A DNA stretch of 64,000 nucleotides from Candidatus Woesearchaeota archaeon (GCA_964651965.1 CAZYZS010000002.1:17164-81163); one strand, 5' to 3'. Shown: positions 1 through 9,602, counted from the first letter of the stretch. The notes: generated by a model from the sequence alone, not told the origin. Numbers and translations are program-made.

Positions 1-393
1 TGAATCAGTAGGAAGCCCGGTAGCAGGAACTTTTCCTCCAAGCTTTTTGATAAATTCTGCCAAAATCCTATATTCAGTGTCAGAAACTTTCCTAAGCTTG
101 CAATTCAGATACTCTATCTTTAAACTAACTCCGCTGTTTTGCACTCTTTTCAAAAGTTCCTCTCTAACGTACTGCACCGATAGTGTTTTGCCGCAGCCAG
201 TTTTCCCATAAACAAACAGGTTGCTTGGCCTTTCTCCTTTTAACGCAGGTGCTAGAATTGCTGCTATCTGCTCTATCTCCTTATCTCTATGGGGTATTGT
301 TTGAGGAGTATAATTGGACTGGAGCATGGACTTGTCCTTGAAAATCGTATTCTTAGTTGCAGAATCAAAAATCTTGTCTAACTTTACTACCAT
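1..393 (-). CDS. cdc6: Orc1/Cdc6 replication initiator (N-terminal part, runs off window)
   Basis: Manual translation MVVKLDKIFDS...IFKDKSMLQSNYTPQTIPHRDKEIEQIAAILAPALKGERPSNLFVYGKTGCGKT (Cdc6 N-terminus and Walker A); not in ORF track because truncated. Confidence 0.95.
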   Translation of the reverse strand, partial: MVVKLDKIFDSATKNTIFKDKSMLQSNYTPQTIPHRDKEIEQIAAILAPALKGERPSNLFVYGKTGCGKTLSVQYVREELLKRVQNSGVSLKIEYLNCKLRKVSDTEYRILAEFIKKLGGKVPATGLPTDS

Positions 394-499
394 CTTTTTG
401 CCACCTCTGTGAAAACAGAATTTTTAGAACACCTTCTTTTATAAACTTTCTTGTTCTCTATTATATACACACAACTTAAATTTTCTCTCGCCACACCTG

Positions 500-825
500 A
501 CACGTATATTTCCTGTGCAACCAAAAAACTAAAAAAACGGGATATCATCGAGTTAGTAAAGAATATTGCCTTAAAAACAAGTGTAATCACCTAAAAATTA
601 GAACACCTTTATTTCCTATGCAAATTAGATTATTATTTATTATATTCTCTGTAAAAGCTGTTTTATATAATATCTTTCTTATTATTATATATTATATAAA
701 TATTAATATAATATATATAATATAATATAGAAAACTTTATAAATAAAAAATAGAAAAAAAGAAGCCGCTTTTGCCTTTTTAAACTTTTCTAATCTTTTCC
801 ATAAGAAACCTTAGGGTGAGGGTCT
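500..825. other. Candidate replication origin (oriC): ORB-like boxes flanking an AT-rich unwinding element
   Basis: Minus-strand TTGCACAGGAAATATACG (~503-520) and TTGCATAGGAAATAAAGGTG (~604-623), plus-strand TTCCATAAGAAACCTTAGGGTGAGGG (~797-822), flanking almost pure A/T DNA at ~660-760, directly upstream of cdc6. Confidence 0.75.
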
Positions 826-969
826 TTCTTTCCTCTTTTCCAGTCTTTCTTTTAAAAAAGGTTCGCACAAATATGTTATTCTGTAGTAGGTAAAAATCTT
901 AACAAAACCACATTTCAAAAAAGTTATAAAGTCGAATTAATTATAGAATTAACGGGCAAAATTAATCAG

Positions 970-1332
970 TTGTTAGGTATTGCGAATAATTTAGCTGATA
1001 GTTTTGTTAGTGTAACTAATCTTCGCTTCCTTAAGTACCTAGAACTTTTGCCCACTGAAAAAACAAAGTCATTTGAAATCGATCTATTAAAAGAAACTAT
1101 CCGACCCGAAGACTTGATGGATAAGACATTCAAGGACACTATAGATAAATATAGAGAGTGGTTTCTTTCCGAAATCGCTAGGCTAAAAATTGATTTAAAA
1201 GATATAGAAAAAGTAATTATCAAAATTTCGCACAAATCCGGAAAATCTTTTGGCAGCCATTATACTTGCGATGTAACTGTTACTGCGAGGGGCAAAGATT
1301 ATATCAAAAAAGTATTTTCTTCTTACTCTTAG
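970..1332 (+). CDS. Hypothetical protein
   Basis: 120-aa ORF with TATA-like element upstream; start uncertain (TTG). Confidence 0.55.
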   Translation: MLGIANNLADSFVSVTNLRFLKYLELLPTEKTKSFEIDLLKETIRPEDLMDKTFKDTIDKYREWFLSEIARLKIDLKDIEKVIIKISHKSGKSFGSHYTCDVTVTARGKDYIKKVFSSYS

Positions 1333-1396
1333 CCCCCTTTTTCAATATCCTTTTCATCACAGAAAACTTTATAAATGAATTCCTTATACTTACTAT

Positions 1397-1657
1397 ATGG
1401 CGATAGACAAAAAACCGCTCAAAGATATAATTGCAAAATTGGTTGTGACAAAAGAGGGCAAGAGATTGGGCTTAGTGAAAGATATAACCTTCGAAACGCG
1501 AACTGGAGAGCTTATTCAAATAGCTCTTAAAGACCCTACTGCTTACACAAGAAACCTGAATTTGGAAAAGACAAAGCAAGGAGAGGTTCTTATTCCATAT
1601 TCGGCAATCGTTGCTATAGGGGACTTTGTTGTAGTAAGTGAAGAAGACTTGGTTTAA
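1397..1657 (+). CDS. PRC-barrel domain protein
   Basis: KLVVTKEGKRLGLVKDITFETRTGEL...LIPYSAIVAIGDFVVV is a typical PRC-barrel signature. Confidence 0.85.
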   Translation: MAIDKKPLKDIIAKLVVTKEGKRLGLVKDITFETRTGELIQIALKDPTAYTRNLNLEKTKQGEVLIPYSAIVAIGDFVVVSEEDLV

Positions 1658-1719
1658 ATCTTATTAAAAACTAATTCCTATATAATTTAAACAAACTACT
1701 TAAACAAAGCATTTTAAAA

Positions 1720-2145
1720 ATGAGAATAATTGGCTTTAATTTTAAAAAAATCAGTGCAGAGAGAAAAAGCGATTTAAAAGGAAAACTGCAAATAAAAACC
1801 CACATGGACCTAGAGAAAGTAGAAAAAGAAGATTTAGATATTGCAGGTGAAATCTTAAGATTTTCTTTTGTTTACACAATAAATTACGAGCCAAACCATG
1901 CAATAATCGCATTCGAAGGAAGCGTTTTGATAAAGCCAGACAAAGGTTACGATACCAAGCAGCTGCTCAAGGACTGGAAGAAAAAGAAGCTCCCAGAGGA
2001 AGTTCGTTTTTTGGTTTTTAACTTTGTTATGACCAAATGCAATTTAAGAGCTCTGCAGTTAGAAGAAGAATTTTCTCTTCCTCCGCACATTCCGCTCCCG
2101 AGAATCACCAAAGAGCAAGAAGGAAAAGTCAATTATACAGGATAA
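1720..2145 (+). CDS. Conserved archaeal hypothetical protein
   Basis: MRIIGFNFKKISAER...LPPHIPLPRI pattern resembles a conserved archaeal protein of unknown function. Confidence 0.7.
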   Translation: MRIIGFNFKKISAERKSDLKGKLQIKTHMDLEKVEKEDLDIAGEILRFSFVYTINYEPNHAIIAFEGSVLIKPDKGYDTKQLLKDWKKKKLPEEVRFLVFNFVMTKCNLRALQLEEEFSLPPHIPLPRITKEQEGKVNYTG

Positions 2146-2195
2146 AAGCATTCTTTATAAAACACATTCTCCATCGCAATAATAATTAAAAATAA

Positions 2196-2456
2196 TTGCG
2201 CGTGCTACACCTCATGCCAGAAAGCAGATATTCCTCAAAATTATGCGAATACATAGGAAAAGTCGAGCTAGAAGCCTTTCAGTCCAGAGATCAATTTAGG
2301 CGTTACACTCATTTTTGTGATGCTCCAAAGAGTTTGCCTAGCAGACTATCACCAGGAGAAATAGAATTAGCAAGAAAGTATTTCGCTTCAAGAGCAAGAG
2401 AAACACGCCCAGCAAATATTGGTAGTGCATCAAGCGACTCCAGCGAGGGAGACTAG
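2196..2456 (+). CDS. Hypothetical protein
   Basis: ORF only; start uncertain. Confidence 0.35.
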   Translation: MRVLHLMPESRYSSKLCEYIGKVELEAFQSRDQFRRYTHFCDAPKSLPSRLSPGEIELARKYFASRARETRPANIGSASSDSSEGD

Positions 2457-2518
2457 CACAAATTTTTCAACTTACAAATCCTATAATTTTATTAACCCTC
2501 TTATCTAAACTATTTTAT

Positions 2519-2614
2519 GCCCAGATGCGACAATGGTTTACTCGAGCGGTCTCGAATTGAAAACACGATAACCGCGTCCTTCGGGACTTCCAGGTTCGAA
2601 TCCTGGTCTGGGCG
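2519..2614 (+). tRNA. tRNA-Ser(CGA) with ~13-nt canonical intron
   Basis: GCCCAGA/TCTGGGC acceptor stem, GCGGT/ACCGC anticodon stem enclosing CTCGAA+13 nt+A, long variable arm GTCC-TTCG-GGAC, GGTTCGAATCC T-arm. Confidence 0.85.
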
Positions 2615-2728
2615 TGCACTTCTTAGTTTCTTTATTATCTTATTAAGAGAAGCGCAGGCACAGCGGGCGTTACTATAACAACATCTATTTTAGAGGACAT
2701 AAATTCTTATAAGTCTCAGTTCTATTAT

Positions 2729-3160
2729 ATGGATATGTTAGTTTTGAGCAGGCAGAGAGACGAGTCTATAATGATTGGAGATGAAGTAGAAATAACTATT
2801 GTTGATGTTAGAGGAGATAAAGTCCGTCTTGGGATAACTTACCCTAAACGCATACCAGTTCATCGCAGAGAAATATACGATGCAATTCAGAGGGAAAAAG
2901 CCCAACAAGTTCAAGGAGATGCCCAAGTGCATGTTGAAGGTGCGCCTAGAGAGGCCGGGCTAGAAGAAAGAAATAAAGGAGGCTACTTTAATTGTTGTGG
3001 GGCTTATGGAGGAATGACAGCTACACAAGGAGCCCGCAGGAGAGTTTCTTCGACTGGAGTAGAAATATATTGTCAGAAAAGAGACAGCCAAGGTTATTGT
3101 GGATTTGAGCATACCGGCGATCCAAGCTTATGCCCTTTTAGTTTAGAAGGAGTGGTATAG
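2729..3160 (+). CDS. csrA: Carbon storage regulator CsrA/RsmA with Cys-rich C-terminal extension
   Basis: MLVLSRQRDESIMIGDEVEITIVDVRGDKVRLGITYPKRIPVHRREIYDAIQRE is a canonical CsrA sequence. Confidence 0.9.
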   Translation: MDMLVLSRQRDESIMIGDEVEITIVDVRGDKVRLGITYPKRIPVHRREIYDAIQREKAQQVQGDAQVHVEGAPREAGLEERNKGGYFNCCGAYGGMTATQGARRRVSSTGVEIYCQKRDSQGYCGFEHTGDPSLCPFSLEGVV

Positions 3161-3173
3161 TCCTCCTAATAAT

Positions 3174-3896
3174 TTATACAAGCTCCCCAACTTTCCCAAA
3201 CTTATAGACTTCATCTCCAACAACATAAGCCTCAAACTCTCGTAGCTCTCTCTCAGGGATAAACATCCTGTTATCTTCAAGGTTTGCTACCTCGCTGCCC
3301 TCGACAAACGGGAAAAATGAAGGAAGGATTATTACTTTTTTATCTTTCCATTTCCCAACTAAGAAACATTTGTATTTTTCTTTTTTATAATCATCAGAGA
3401 GCACAACAGCAGGATGCCTGTGCCCCAACACCAACATTTTTATCCCTTTATCCAGGCATTCTGGAAATATTTTATCACCATGAACGAAACAAACCCCCTC
3501 TTCTACATAGTAGTCCACTACGCTCAGCTCTTTTCTCTCTGCAATTGGGCCCAAAACAGTATCATGATTTCCCTTAACAAGCACAACTTTTTCAGCTTTT
3601 TCTTTGAAAATATCCAAAATTCCTTTCACCTCTCTCCATTCCTGCTCAGAAATATCTCCAAATTCATGTTTTAAATCTCCAACAACAACTATTTCTTTTA
3701 TTTTTCCTTCATTTTCTTTTTTTATTTCTTCAAAAACCTTGTTCAAATCTTTTACAGTTTCTTCAAACTGATTTCTTGGAACAAAAATTCCCTGCTCATT
3801 CAGACTTTCTTCCCATCCCAGATGCAAATCTCCTAAAACCAGGATTTTCTGCACAGGAAAATACAGGGTTTTGCCTATAAACTTAAAATCATCCAT
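3174..3896 (-). CDS. Calcineurin-like metallophosphoesterase (Lhr-associated type)
   Basis: GDLHLG, GDLKH, KGNHD, HGD, GHRHP motifs; start placed at MDDFKF. Confidence 0.9.
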   Translation of the reverse strand: MDDFKFIGKTLYFPVQKILVLGDLHLGWEESLNEQGIFVPRNQFEETVKDLNKVFEEIKKENEGKIKEIVVVGDLKHEFGDISEQEWREVKGILDIFKEKAEKVVLVKGNHDTVLGPIAERKELSVVDYYVEEGVCFVHGDKIFPECLDKGIKMLVLGHRHPAVVLSDDYKKEKYKCFLVGKWKDKKVIILPSFFPFVEGSEVANLEDNRMFIPERELREFEAYVVGDEVYKFGKVGELV

Positions 3897-3931
3897 AATA
3901 AACATGTAGCTTAAGAACTTTAAAAACAATT

Positions 3932-4945
3932 CTAAATATCATAATTTCCTAAAGAATGCTGCCCGTGCTCGTGCACATTGTCAAACAAAACACTCAAAGA
4001 CTGCCCTGTTGCTGTCCTGTAAATAGCCTCTCCAAATAATTTTATCATGCTTACTACCTCTATGTTCTCTGCCTTTGGCGGATTTAAAGTATCAGAAACA
4101 AAAACCTTGTCAAAAATCTTGAATTTTTCAACACCTTCTGTAAATAATCCATGAGTCCCATAGGTAAAAATCTTCTTGGCCCCATTCTCTTTGAGCTTCT
4201 CCGCTGTTTTTATCATTGTATTTCCAGTATCAATAATATCATCCACAATCAAGCAGTTTTTTCCAGCAACGTCTCCAATGATTACTATTTTAGCCACCTC
4301 ATTGTCTTTTTCCCGTGTTTTATGCCCAAATGCAACTCCAGATTCTATACCCCTTTCTTTAAGCTTTTTGACAAAATAATCTGCTCTCTTTCCTCCTCCA
4401 AGGTCAGGCGAGACAATAATCAAGTCCTTTAGAAAATCCGAGTGATTTTTTTGAAGGTAATTAAGGAGGCTTGTTAAAGAATAAAGATTATCAAAGGGAA
4501 TCTTAAAATACTCCTGTATCTGCGGCGCATGCAAATCTACAGTCATTCCCCTGTCTGCGTAAAGCGAAACAGTATCTGCCAATGCCTTGGCATTAACACT
4601 TACTCTCGACTCATCTTTTCTGTCCTGTCTAGCAAACCGTGTGTAAGGCAAAACAATATTTACCTCTTTAGGAGAAGAAAAAGTAGTTGCTTCTAGCACA
4701 AAAATTAGTTCTGTGAACCATTCTGAAGGGTTTTTATTTGAATCATGGATTAAAAAGCATCTCTTCCCTCTTATGTTTTCAGCTATTTTTATCTTAAACT
4801 CTCCGTCTTTAAAGGTGCTTTTGTTCATATTAATAATGCTCACAGAAAAATCTTTGCTTTCTTTCATCTTTAAATAATCATAAATCCCCTTCGCGAAATC
4901 GTATCCTTTACTTTTAGGATCAACTATAAGGGCAACCTCTTCCAT
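3932..4945 (-). CDS. prs: Ribose-phosphate pyrophosphokinase
   Basis: FKDGE, PYTRFARQDR, DLHAPQIQ, VSPDLGG, IVDDIIDTGNT motifs. Confidence 0.95.
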   Translation of the reverse strand: MEEVALIVDPKSKGYDFAKGIYDYLKMKESKDFSVSIINMNKSTFKDGEFKIKIAENIRGKRCFLIHDSNKNPSEWFTELIFVLEATTFSSPKEVNIVLPYTRFARQDRKDESRVSVNAKALADTVSLYADRGMTVDLHAPQIQEYFKIPFDNLYSLTSLLNYLQKNHSDFLKDLIIVSPDLGGGKRADYFVKKLKERGIESGVAFGHKTREKDNEVAKIVIIGDVAGKNCLIVDDIIDTGNTMIKTAEKLKENGAKKIFTYGTHGLFTEGVEKFKIFDKVFVSDTLNPPKAENIEVVSMIKLFGEAIYRTATGQSLSVLFDNVHEHGQHSLGNYDI

Positions 4946-4999
4946 AATTTAACAGAAATTTCTGCCTTTATAACCTTTATCAATATGCAGGATATATAT

Positions 5000-7573
5000 T
5001 TATCTCTCACTAATCTCTTTCAAATGCTCTTGGTGCATTCTTTTCAAGAACTCTATCTTATCTTCCATTTTTAATAAATCAGTGTATCCTTCTAGAACAA
5101 TAGAAAGTGCAAAGGGTGAAGGCAATTTTACATTTATTTGCTCTATTTTTACTTTTCCTTCTTTAATCCAGTCTAAAACCACTCTTGTATTATTAATATC
5201 CATTAGATCTTCCATAACTTCTCTTCTCGCCTCTCTTAAGATAGGAAAATTATGCGAAATCCTTTTTACAGAAGCAAGTAAAAAATGGCTCTTCATCTGC
5301 TGCTTTCCAACGGTCTTCCTTCTTCCTTTATAGCTCCTTAGTATCATTAACGCCCTTGTTGCGCAGTGCCTGAATCTCCTGTTTAATACTTCTGTCTTGC
5401 TGATTGCCTCTTCCAGTATTTCTTCCACATTTTTGCTGTCTAAGAATTTAAGTGCTTTCTCTATCTCTAGCTTTTCTCCAACCAGATAAAATCCATTATC
5501 TCTTATCCCCACTTCAATATCTCTCCCTCCTGCTCTACCGACCAAAAATGCCATTGCTCTTGACAGTGCATCGTTCACTCTCCTTCCATAAAGCGAGTGA
5601 AATATAGCATAGTTCTTTTCTCCCTTGTAGCGTTCAATAACTATCTTTTTTTCGTGAGGTATTAAAGCATATTTGAATTGCTCGTAAAAATAATTGTAAA
5701 TAGCCTCGCTAGCCTCTTTTTCGCAACATAGATATTCTTGAACGAACCCCCTGATTTCCTCAGGAGAACTTTTTTGTCTGAACCTTTCTTCCACTAACTT
5801 TCTAAATCTATTGATTTCATTTGCAGAGTCAAAGCTTAACGGCAGCATCTCTGAAAACCAGGAAGGTATTGTCGGAGGTCTCCTAACAGAGGAATTGACA
5901 TAAACATTCATCCCTCGAGTATACATGTATTGGTATTTGTGCCCCCCCAAAACAAAAACATCCCCTTTTTTCATTCTTTCAAGAAAGGCCTCATCTATGA
6001 CCCCTATTTTTTCTCCCATTCCATCTCCAGCAGCCACTATCACGCTGACAAAACTCTCTTCAGGTATTGTCCCTATGTTAGTCATATAAATCATTCTAGC
6101 TAATTTTCCTTTTTTCCCTATTTGTTTGGTTTCCTTATCGTACCATATTTTTGCATAGACGTTTCTTGCTTCTAATTCGTATTCCCCAGAAAGATAACTT
6201 AGAACATTAAGAAAATCTTCTCTGCTTAAACTCCTGTAACAATAGCTTTTCCTTATAAGAGAAAACATTTCTTCTTCTTCCCATACCTTATAGATAGCCA
6301 TTCCAAATATCTGCTGGCTTAAAACATCCAGGCAGTTTTGAGGTATCTGAATTTTGTCTATTTTTCTCTCCATTGCTTCTTTCGCTAAAACGCAGCATTC
6401 CACTAAATCATCCCTGTCCATTGCAATGAATCTTCCCTTGGCAACATCATGCAGCTTATGTCCTGCCCTCCCAATTCGCTGCAAGCTTCTTGCCACGCTT
6501 TTCGGGCTTCCCAAAAGTATCACAAGGTCAATGTATCCAATATCAATTCCAAGCTCTAAAGAAGTGCTTGTAACAACTACTTTTAATTTTCCTTCTCTTA
6601 ATCTCTGTTCTACATTAAATCGATGCTCTTTGCTTAAAGAAGAGTGGTGCGCCCCTATATTTTCCATATATCTATCAGGGAACTTCTCCTTTAAATGATG
6701 AATAACTCTTTCTGTAGCACTTCTTGTATTTGTGAATATTACTGTTGTTTTATGTTCCTGAATTAATTTATCCAAAAGTTCATAAAGAGAAGAATGAAGG
6801 AATTGCCCTTCTACATCTATCAAATCGCGGACAGGGGTTATTACTTTTATGTCTGTTTTTTTGACAAACTGAACATCTGCAATAAGACAATCTCTTTTCT
6901 GTCCTACTAAAAAATTAGCAATTTCTTCCAAGGGAGCAACTGTAGCAGAAAGCCCGATTCTTACAGGAGTTATCTTGCTTATCTCTTCCAGCCTTTCCAG
7001 GCTTAAACTTAGATAAACCCCTCTTTTGTTAGCTAAAGAATGTATCTCATCCACTATAACAAACTCTGTGCCTTTTAGCAGCTCCACGAAGTTTCTTGTA
7101 GTCAGGACAATTGCCAAAGTTTCCGGAGTGGTAATAAGTATGTGCGGCGCTTTTTTAAGCATCTTGCTTCTCTCACTGGTAGAAGTGTCCCCTGTCCTTA
7201 ATCCTACCCTTATATCTAATTTCCTGCCCCTAATTTTTTCCATCTCTTTTAATGGGTTATTTAAATTGACTTCAATATCTCTTGATAGCGCTTTGAGGGG
7301 GCTGACATAAATACAATAAGTCTTATTTTCTAGCTCGCCTTTTTCTTCTAAGCTCATCAGGTAGTCTAGAATAGACGCAAAAGCGCATAAAGTTTTGCCG
7401 CTTCCAGTAGGCGAGCTTACAAGTATGTTCTTCCTGCCCTTTATTGGAATGACAGCATATTTCTGAGACTCTGTGAATCCCCCAAATTTCTCTTTAAACC
7501 ATCTTCCTACCAAAGGGGTGAGGGAATTGAGTATCTCCTTATCTGAATTAGGCTTATTTATACGCTCTATCAT
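5000..7573 (-). CDS. lhr: Lhr-family ATP-dependent helicase
   Basis: SPTGSGKT, YVSPLKAL, DEIH, GLSAT, SLELGIDIG, QRIGRAGH; 857 aa. Confidence 0.95.
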   Translation of the reverse strand: MIERINKPNSDKEILNSLTPLVGRWFKEKFGGFTESQKYAVIPIKGRKNILVSSPTGSGKTLCAFASILDYLMSLEEKGELENKTYCIYVSPLKALSRDIEVNLNNPLKEMEKIRGRKLDIRVGLRTGDTSTSERSKMLKKAPHILITTPETLAIVLTTRNFVELLKGTEFVIVDEIHSLANKRGVYLSLSLERLEEISKITPVRIGLSATVAPLEEIANFLVGQKRDCLIADVQFVKKTDIKVITPVRDLIDVEGQFLHSSLYELLDKLIQEHKTTVIFTNTRSATERVIHHLKEKFPDRYMENIGAHHSSLSKEHRFNVEQRLREGKLKVVVTSTSLELGIDIGYIDLVILLGSPKSVARSLQRIGRAGHKLHDVAKGRFIAMDRDDLVECCVLAKEAMERKIDKIQIPQNCLDVLSQQIFGMAIYKVWEEEEMFSLIRKSYCYRSLSREDFLNVLSYLSGEYELEARNVYAKIWYDKETKQIGKKGKLARMIYMTNIGTIPEESFVSVIVAAGDGMGEKIGVIDEAFLERMKKGDVFVLGGHKYQYMYTRGMNVYVNSSVRRPPTIPSWFSEMLPLSFDSANEINRFRKLVEERFRQKSSPEEIRGFVQEYLCCEKEASEAIYNYFYEQFKYALIPHEKKIVIERYKGEKNYAIFHSLYGRRVNDALSRAMAFLVGRAGGRDIEVGIRDNGFYLVGEKLEIEKALKFLDSKNVEEILEEAISKTEVLNRRFRHCATRALMILRSYKGRRKTVGKQQMKSHFLLASVKRISHNFPILREARREVMEDLMDINNTRVVLDWIKEGKVKIEQINVKLPSPFALSIVLEGYTDLLKMEDKIEFLKRMHQEHLKEISER

Positions 7574-7680
7574 CTTTAAATCTCCTTTAATTTATTTCCC
7601 TAGAACACCATTAATTCTTATCCAAGTAGAATCTCTTTTATCTATTGAGTATTAACCTTTAAAAACCTATTCAATTTTAA

Positions 7681-8040
7681 TTAATTCTCTGGCCAACCCA
7701 TTCTTACTTTTCCTTGGAATTGTTCAATCAATTCAGAAAGAGGGCTGTCACTTAAAAAAGCTCTATAAAATTCACTGTTAATTAACCAAGAAGAAGGTTT
7801 ATCATAGGCCTTACTAACATCTAACATTCTAGGATTCAAAAAAGCATTGCTTTTGGGATTATTATAAGCACTTTCAGGTAAGTTCCCCTCCCCGTTTCTT
7901 AAATCTCTAATCCAAACTTTACTTGGATGGGGTGTAAAGGAGATTTGCATAAATCTATCTAATCCTAGCTCGGGTATTTCTTTAGTCAAAGATAAATAAT
8001 TTCGACAAATTACTAAAGCCTGTTGTCCGGGATAATACAT
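7681..8040 (-). CDS. Hypothetical protein (possibly 3' part of a frameshifted gene starting at 8225)
   Basis: 119-aa ORF; frame open a short way upstream and overlapped by a short ORF from ATG 8225. Confidence 0.45.
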   Translation of the reverse strand: MYYPGQQALVICRNYLSLTKEIPELGLDRFMQISFTPHPSKVWIRDLRNGEGNLPESAYNNPKSNAFLNPRMLDVSKAYDKPSSWLINSEFYRAFLSDSPLSELIEQFQGKVRMGWPEN

Positions 8041-8388
8041 CCCAAAATACCCTAATGTTTCAATCTTCCCCGCACCCCCCTTCTTTGTTGGAATGTTGCG
8101 CAGATTACTTCTCTTTTTAATAAAACAGCTCCTCCTTCTCCAGGGATATAGGATTTATCTGTTTGTCTGGTTATTTCCAATCCTTGTTCCAAATTCTTTT
8201 TTCTCTTAAGTAATCCGCTCAGCATAGTCTTTTTAGTTATTAGGATTTTATAAAGATTGTTTCATTTCAAAACATATATGAATACTTCCCTGTTATTTAC
8301 AGCAGAAATGGCAAGAAATGTGGCTTGATATTCTGTTAAACGAATAACAAAAATATTTATAAAGTGGAGACTCTTTGATTTATCTACA

Positions 8389-9330
8389 ATGAAAAAAGTA
8401 ATCCCAAAAGAGGTTAGAGAAAAGCTTTCTAAAATAATGAAGGAGAGGTGGAGTAATCCTCTTCTAAAACAAAGGATGTCTGAGTTGCATAAGGGAAAGA
8501 AACTTTCTGAAGAGCATAAACAAAAAATTCGTGAGTCTTGTTTAAGATGGAATAAAGAGGTGGGAATGCCCTCTGAAATAAGAAAAAGAATCGCCGAAAA
8601 ACAAAGAGGAAGAAGAGTTTCAGAAGAAACTAGGAGAAAAATTTCAAAAGCAAACAAAGGGCATAAAGCTTGGAACACAGGGCTTACAAAAGCGGACCCC
8701 CGAGTAAGAAAATACACCGAAAAGAAAGCAGAAACACAAAGAAGATTGTACAAAGAGGGCAAATTAGAGCCGGGGATGTTAGGAAAGTATCATACAGAAG
8801 AGACTAAGAGGAAACTTGCTACAAGATTAAAAGGCAAAACTTATGAAGAGATATTTGGGAAAGAAAAAGCTCTGAAATGCAAGAAAAAACTTTCAGAGCT
8901 AATGAAAAACAAGGTTCAAGGAGAAAAGAATCCTATGTATGGGAGATTTGGAGAAGAAAACCCCCATTTTGGAAAACTAGCAAGGCATGGGAAACACTCT
9001 TTCAGAAAAGACCTCGGGCACCATTGTCGTTCAAAATGGGAAGCCAACTATTGCAGGTTTCTTTTGTGGCTCAATAGGAAATATCAATATGAGCCAAAAA
9101 CATTCATTATAACTTTGCCCTCAGGGATCAAAGCCACTTATACTCCCGATTTTTTAGTTGATGGGAAAGAGTGGCACGAACTTAAGGGATGGGAAAACCG
9201 CTCAGAACTAAAAAAATGGAAATTTTTTCAAGAGCAATATCCTAATGAAAAATTTGTTTTTATAAACAAAGATAAATATAAAAACCTCAAAAATTTGTAC
9301 CAATATATCATCCCGAACTGGGAATTTTAA
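8389..9330 (+). CDS. NUMOD3-repeat protein with C-terminal PD-(D/E)xK nuclease (putative free-standing homing endonuclease)
   Basis: Repeats KLSEEHKQKI, VSEETRRKISKA, HTEETKRKL, GEKNPMYGR; C-terminal RSKWE...YEPKTF...YTPDF...ELKG. Confidence 0.8.
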   Translation: MKKVIPKEVREKLSKIMKERWSNPLLKQRMSELHKGKKLSEEHKQKIRESCLRWNKEVGMPSEIRKRIAEKQRGRRVSEETRRKISKANKGHKAWNTGLTKADPRVRKYTEKKAETQRRLYKEGKLEPGMLGKYHTEETKRKLATRLKGKTYEEIFGKEKALKCKKKLSELMKNKVQGEKNPMYGRFGEENPHFGKLARHGKHSFRKDLGHHCRSKWEANYCRFLLWLNRKYQYEPKTFIITLPSGIKATYTPDFLVDGKEWHELKGWENRSELKKWKFFQEQYPNEKFVFINKDKYKNLKNLYQYIIPNWEF

Positions 9331-9332
9331 AA

Positions 9333-9602
9333 ATGGTGCGAATCTCTGAAGAAAAAAAGAATAGAATTAAATCTAACATTCTAGCACATCTCTACGGATG
9401 CTTTCCAAAAGCTCTATTTACTAGCGAAATCAGTAAATTAGAAGCCAGAGACGAAGAATTTACAAAAAACCTTCTCAAGGAATTATGGAAGAATAATCTG
9501 GTTGTAGCAATTAAGAAGAATTCTAATGGTGTCACTTTCAGCAGAAGGATTAAGTGGAGAATTGGCAATAAGGCCTATGAAGCCTACAAATCTCACCAGT
9601 AA
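9333..9602 (+). CDS. Small winged-helix-like protein
   Basis: LFTSEISKLEARDEEFTKNLLKELWKNNLV helix-turn-helix-like pattern. Confidence 0.65.
   Translation: MVRISEEKKNRIKSNILAHLYGCFPKALFTSEISKLEARDEEFTKNLLKELWKNNLVVAIKKNSNGVTFSRRIKWRIGNKAYEAYKSHQ

Noticed and set aside
387..590. 67-aa minus-strand ORF upstream of cdc6
   Set aside because: Overlaps ORB-like boxes, no recognisable protein features
3850..3870. ORB-like TGCACAGGAAAATACAGGG in the phosphoesterase gene
   Set aside because: Single copy with no AT-rich element or repeats; may be chance, kept only as a caveat
8262..8762. 166-aa antisense ORF and the many other shadow ORFs opposite real genes
   Set aside because: Antisense to well-supported A-rich genes; expected artefacts
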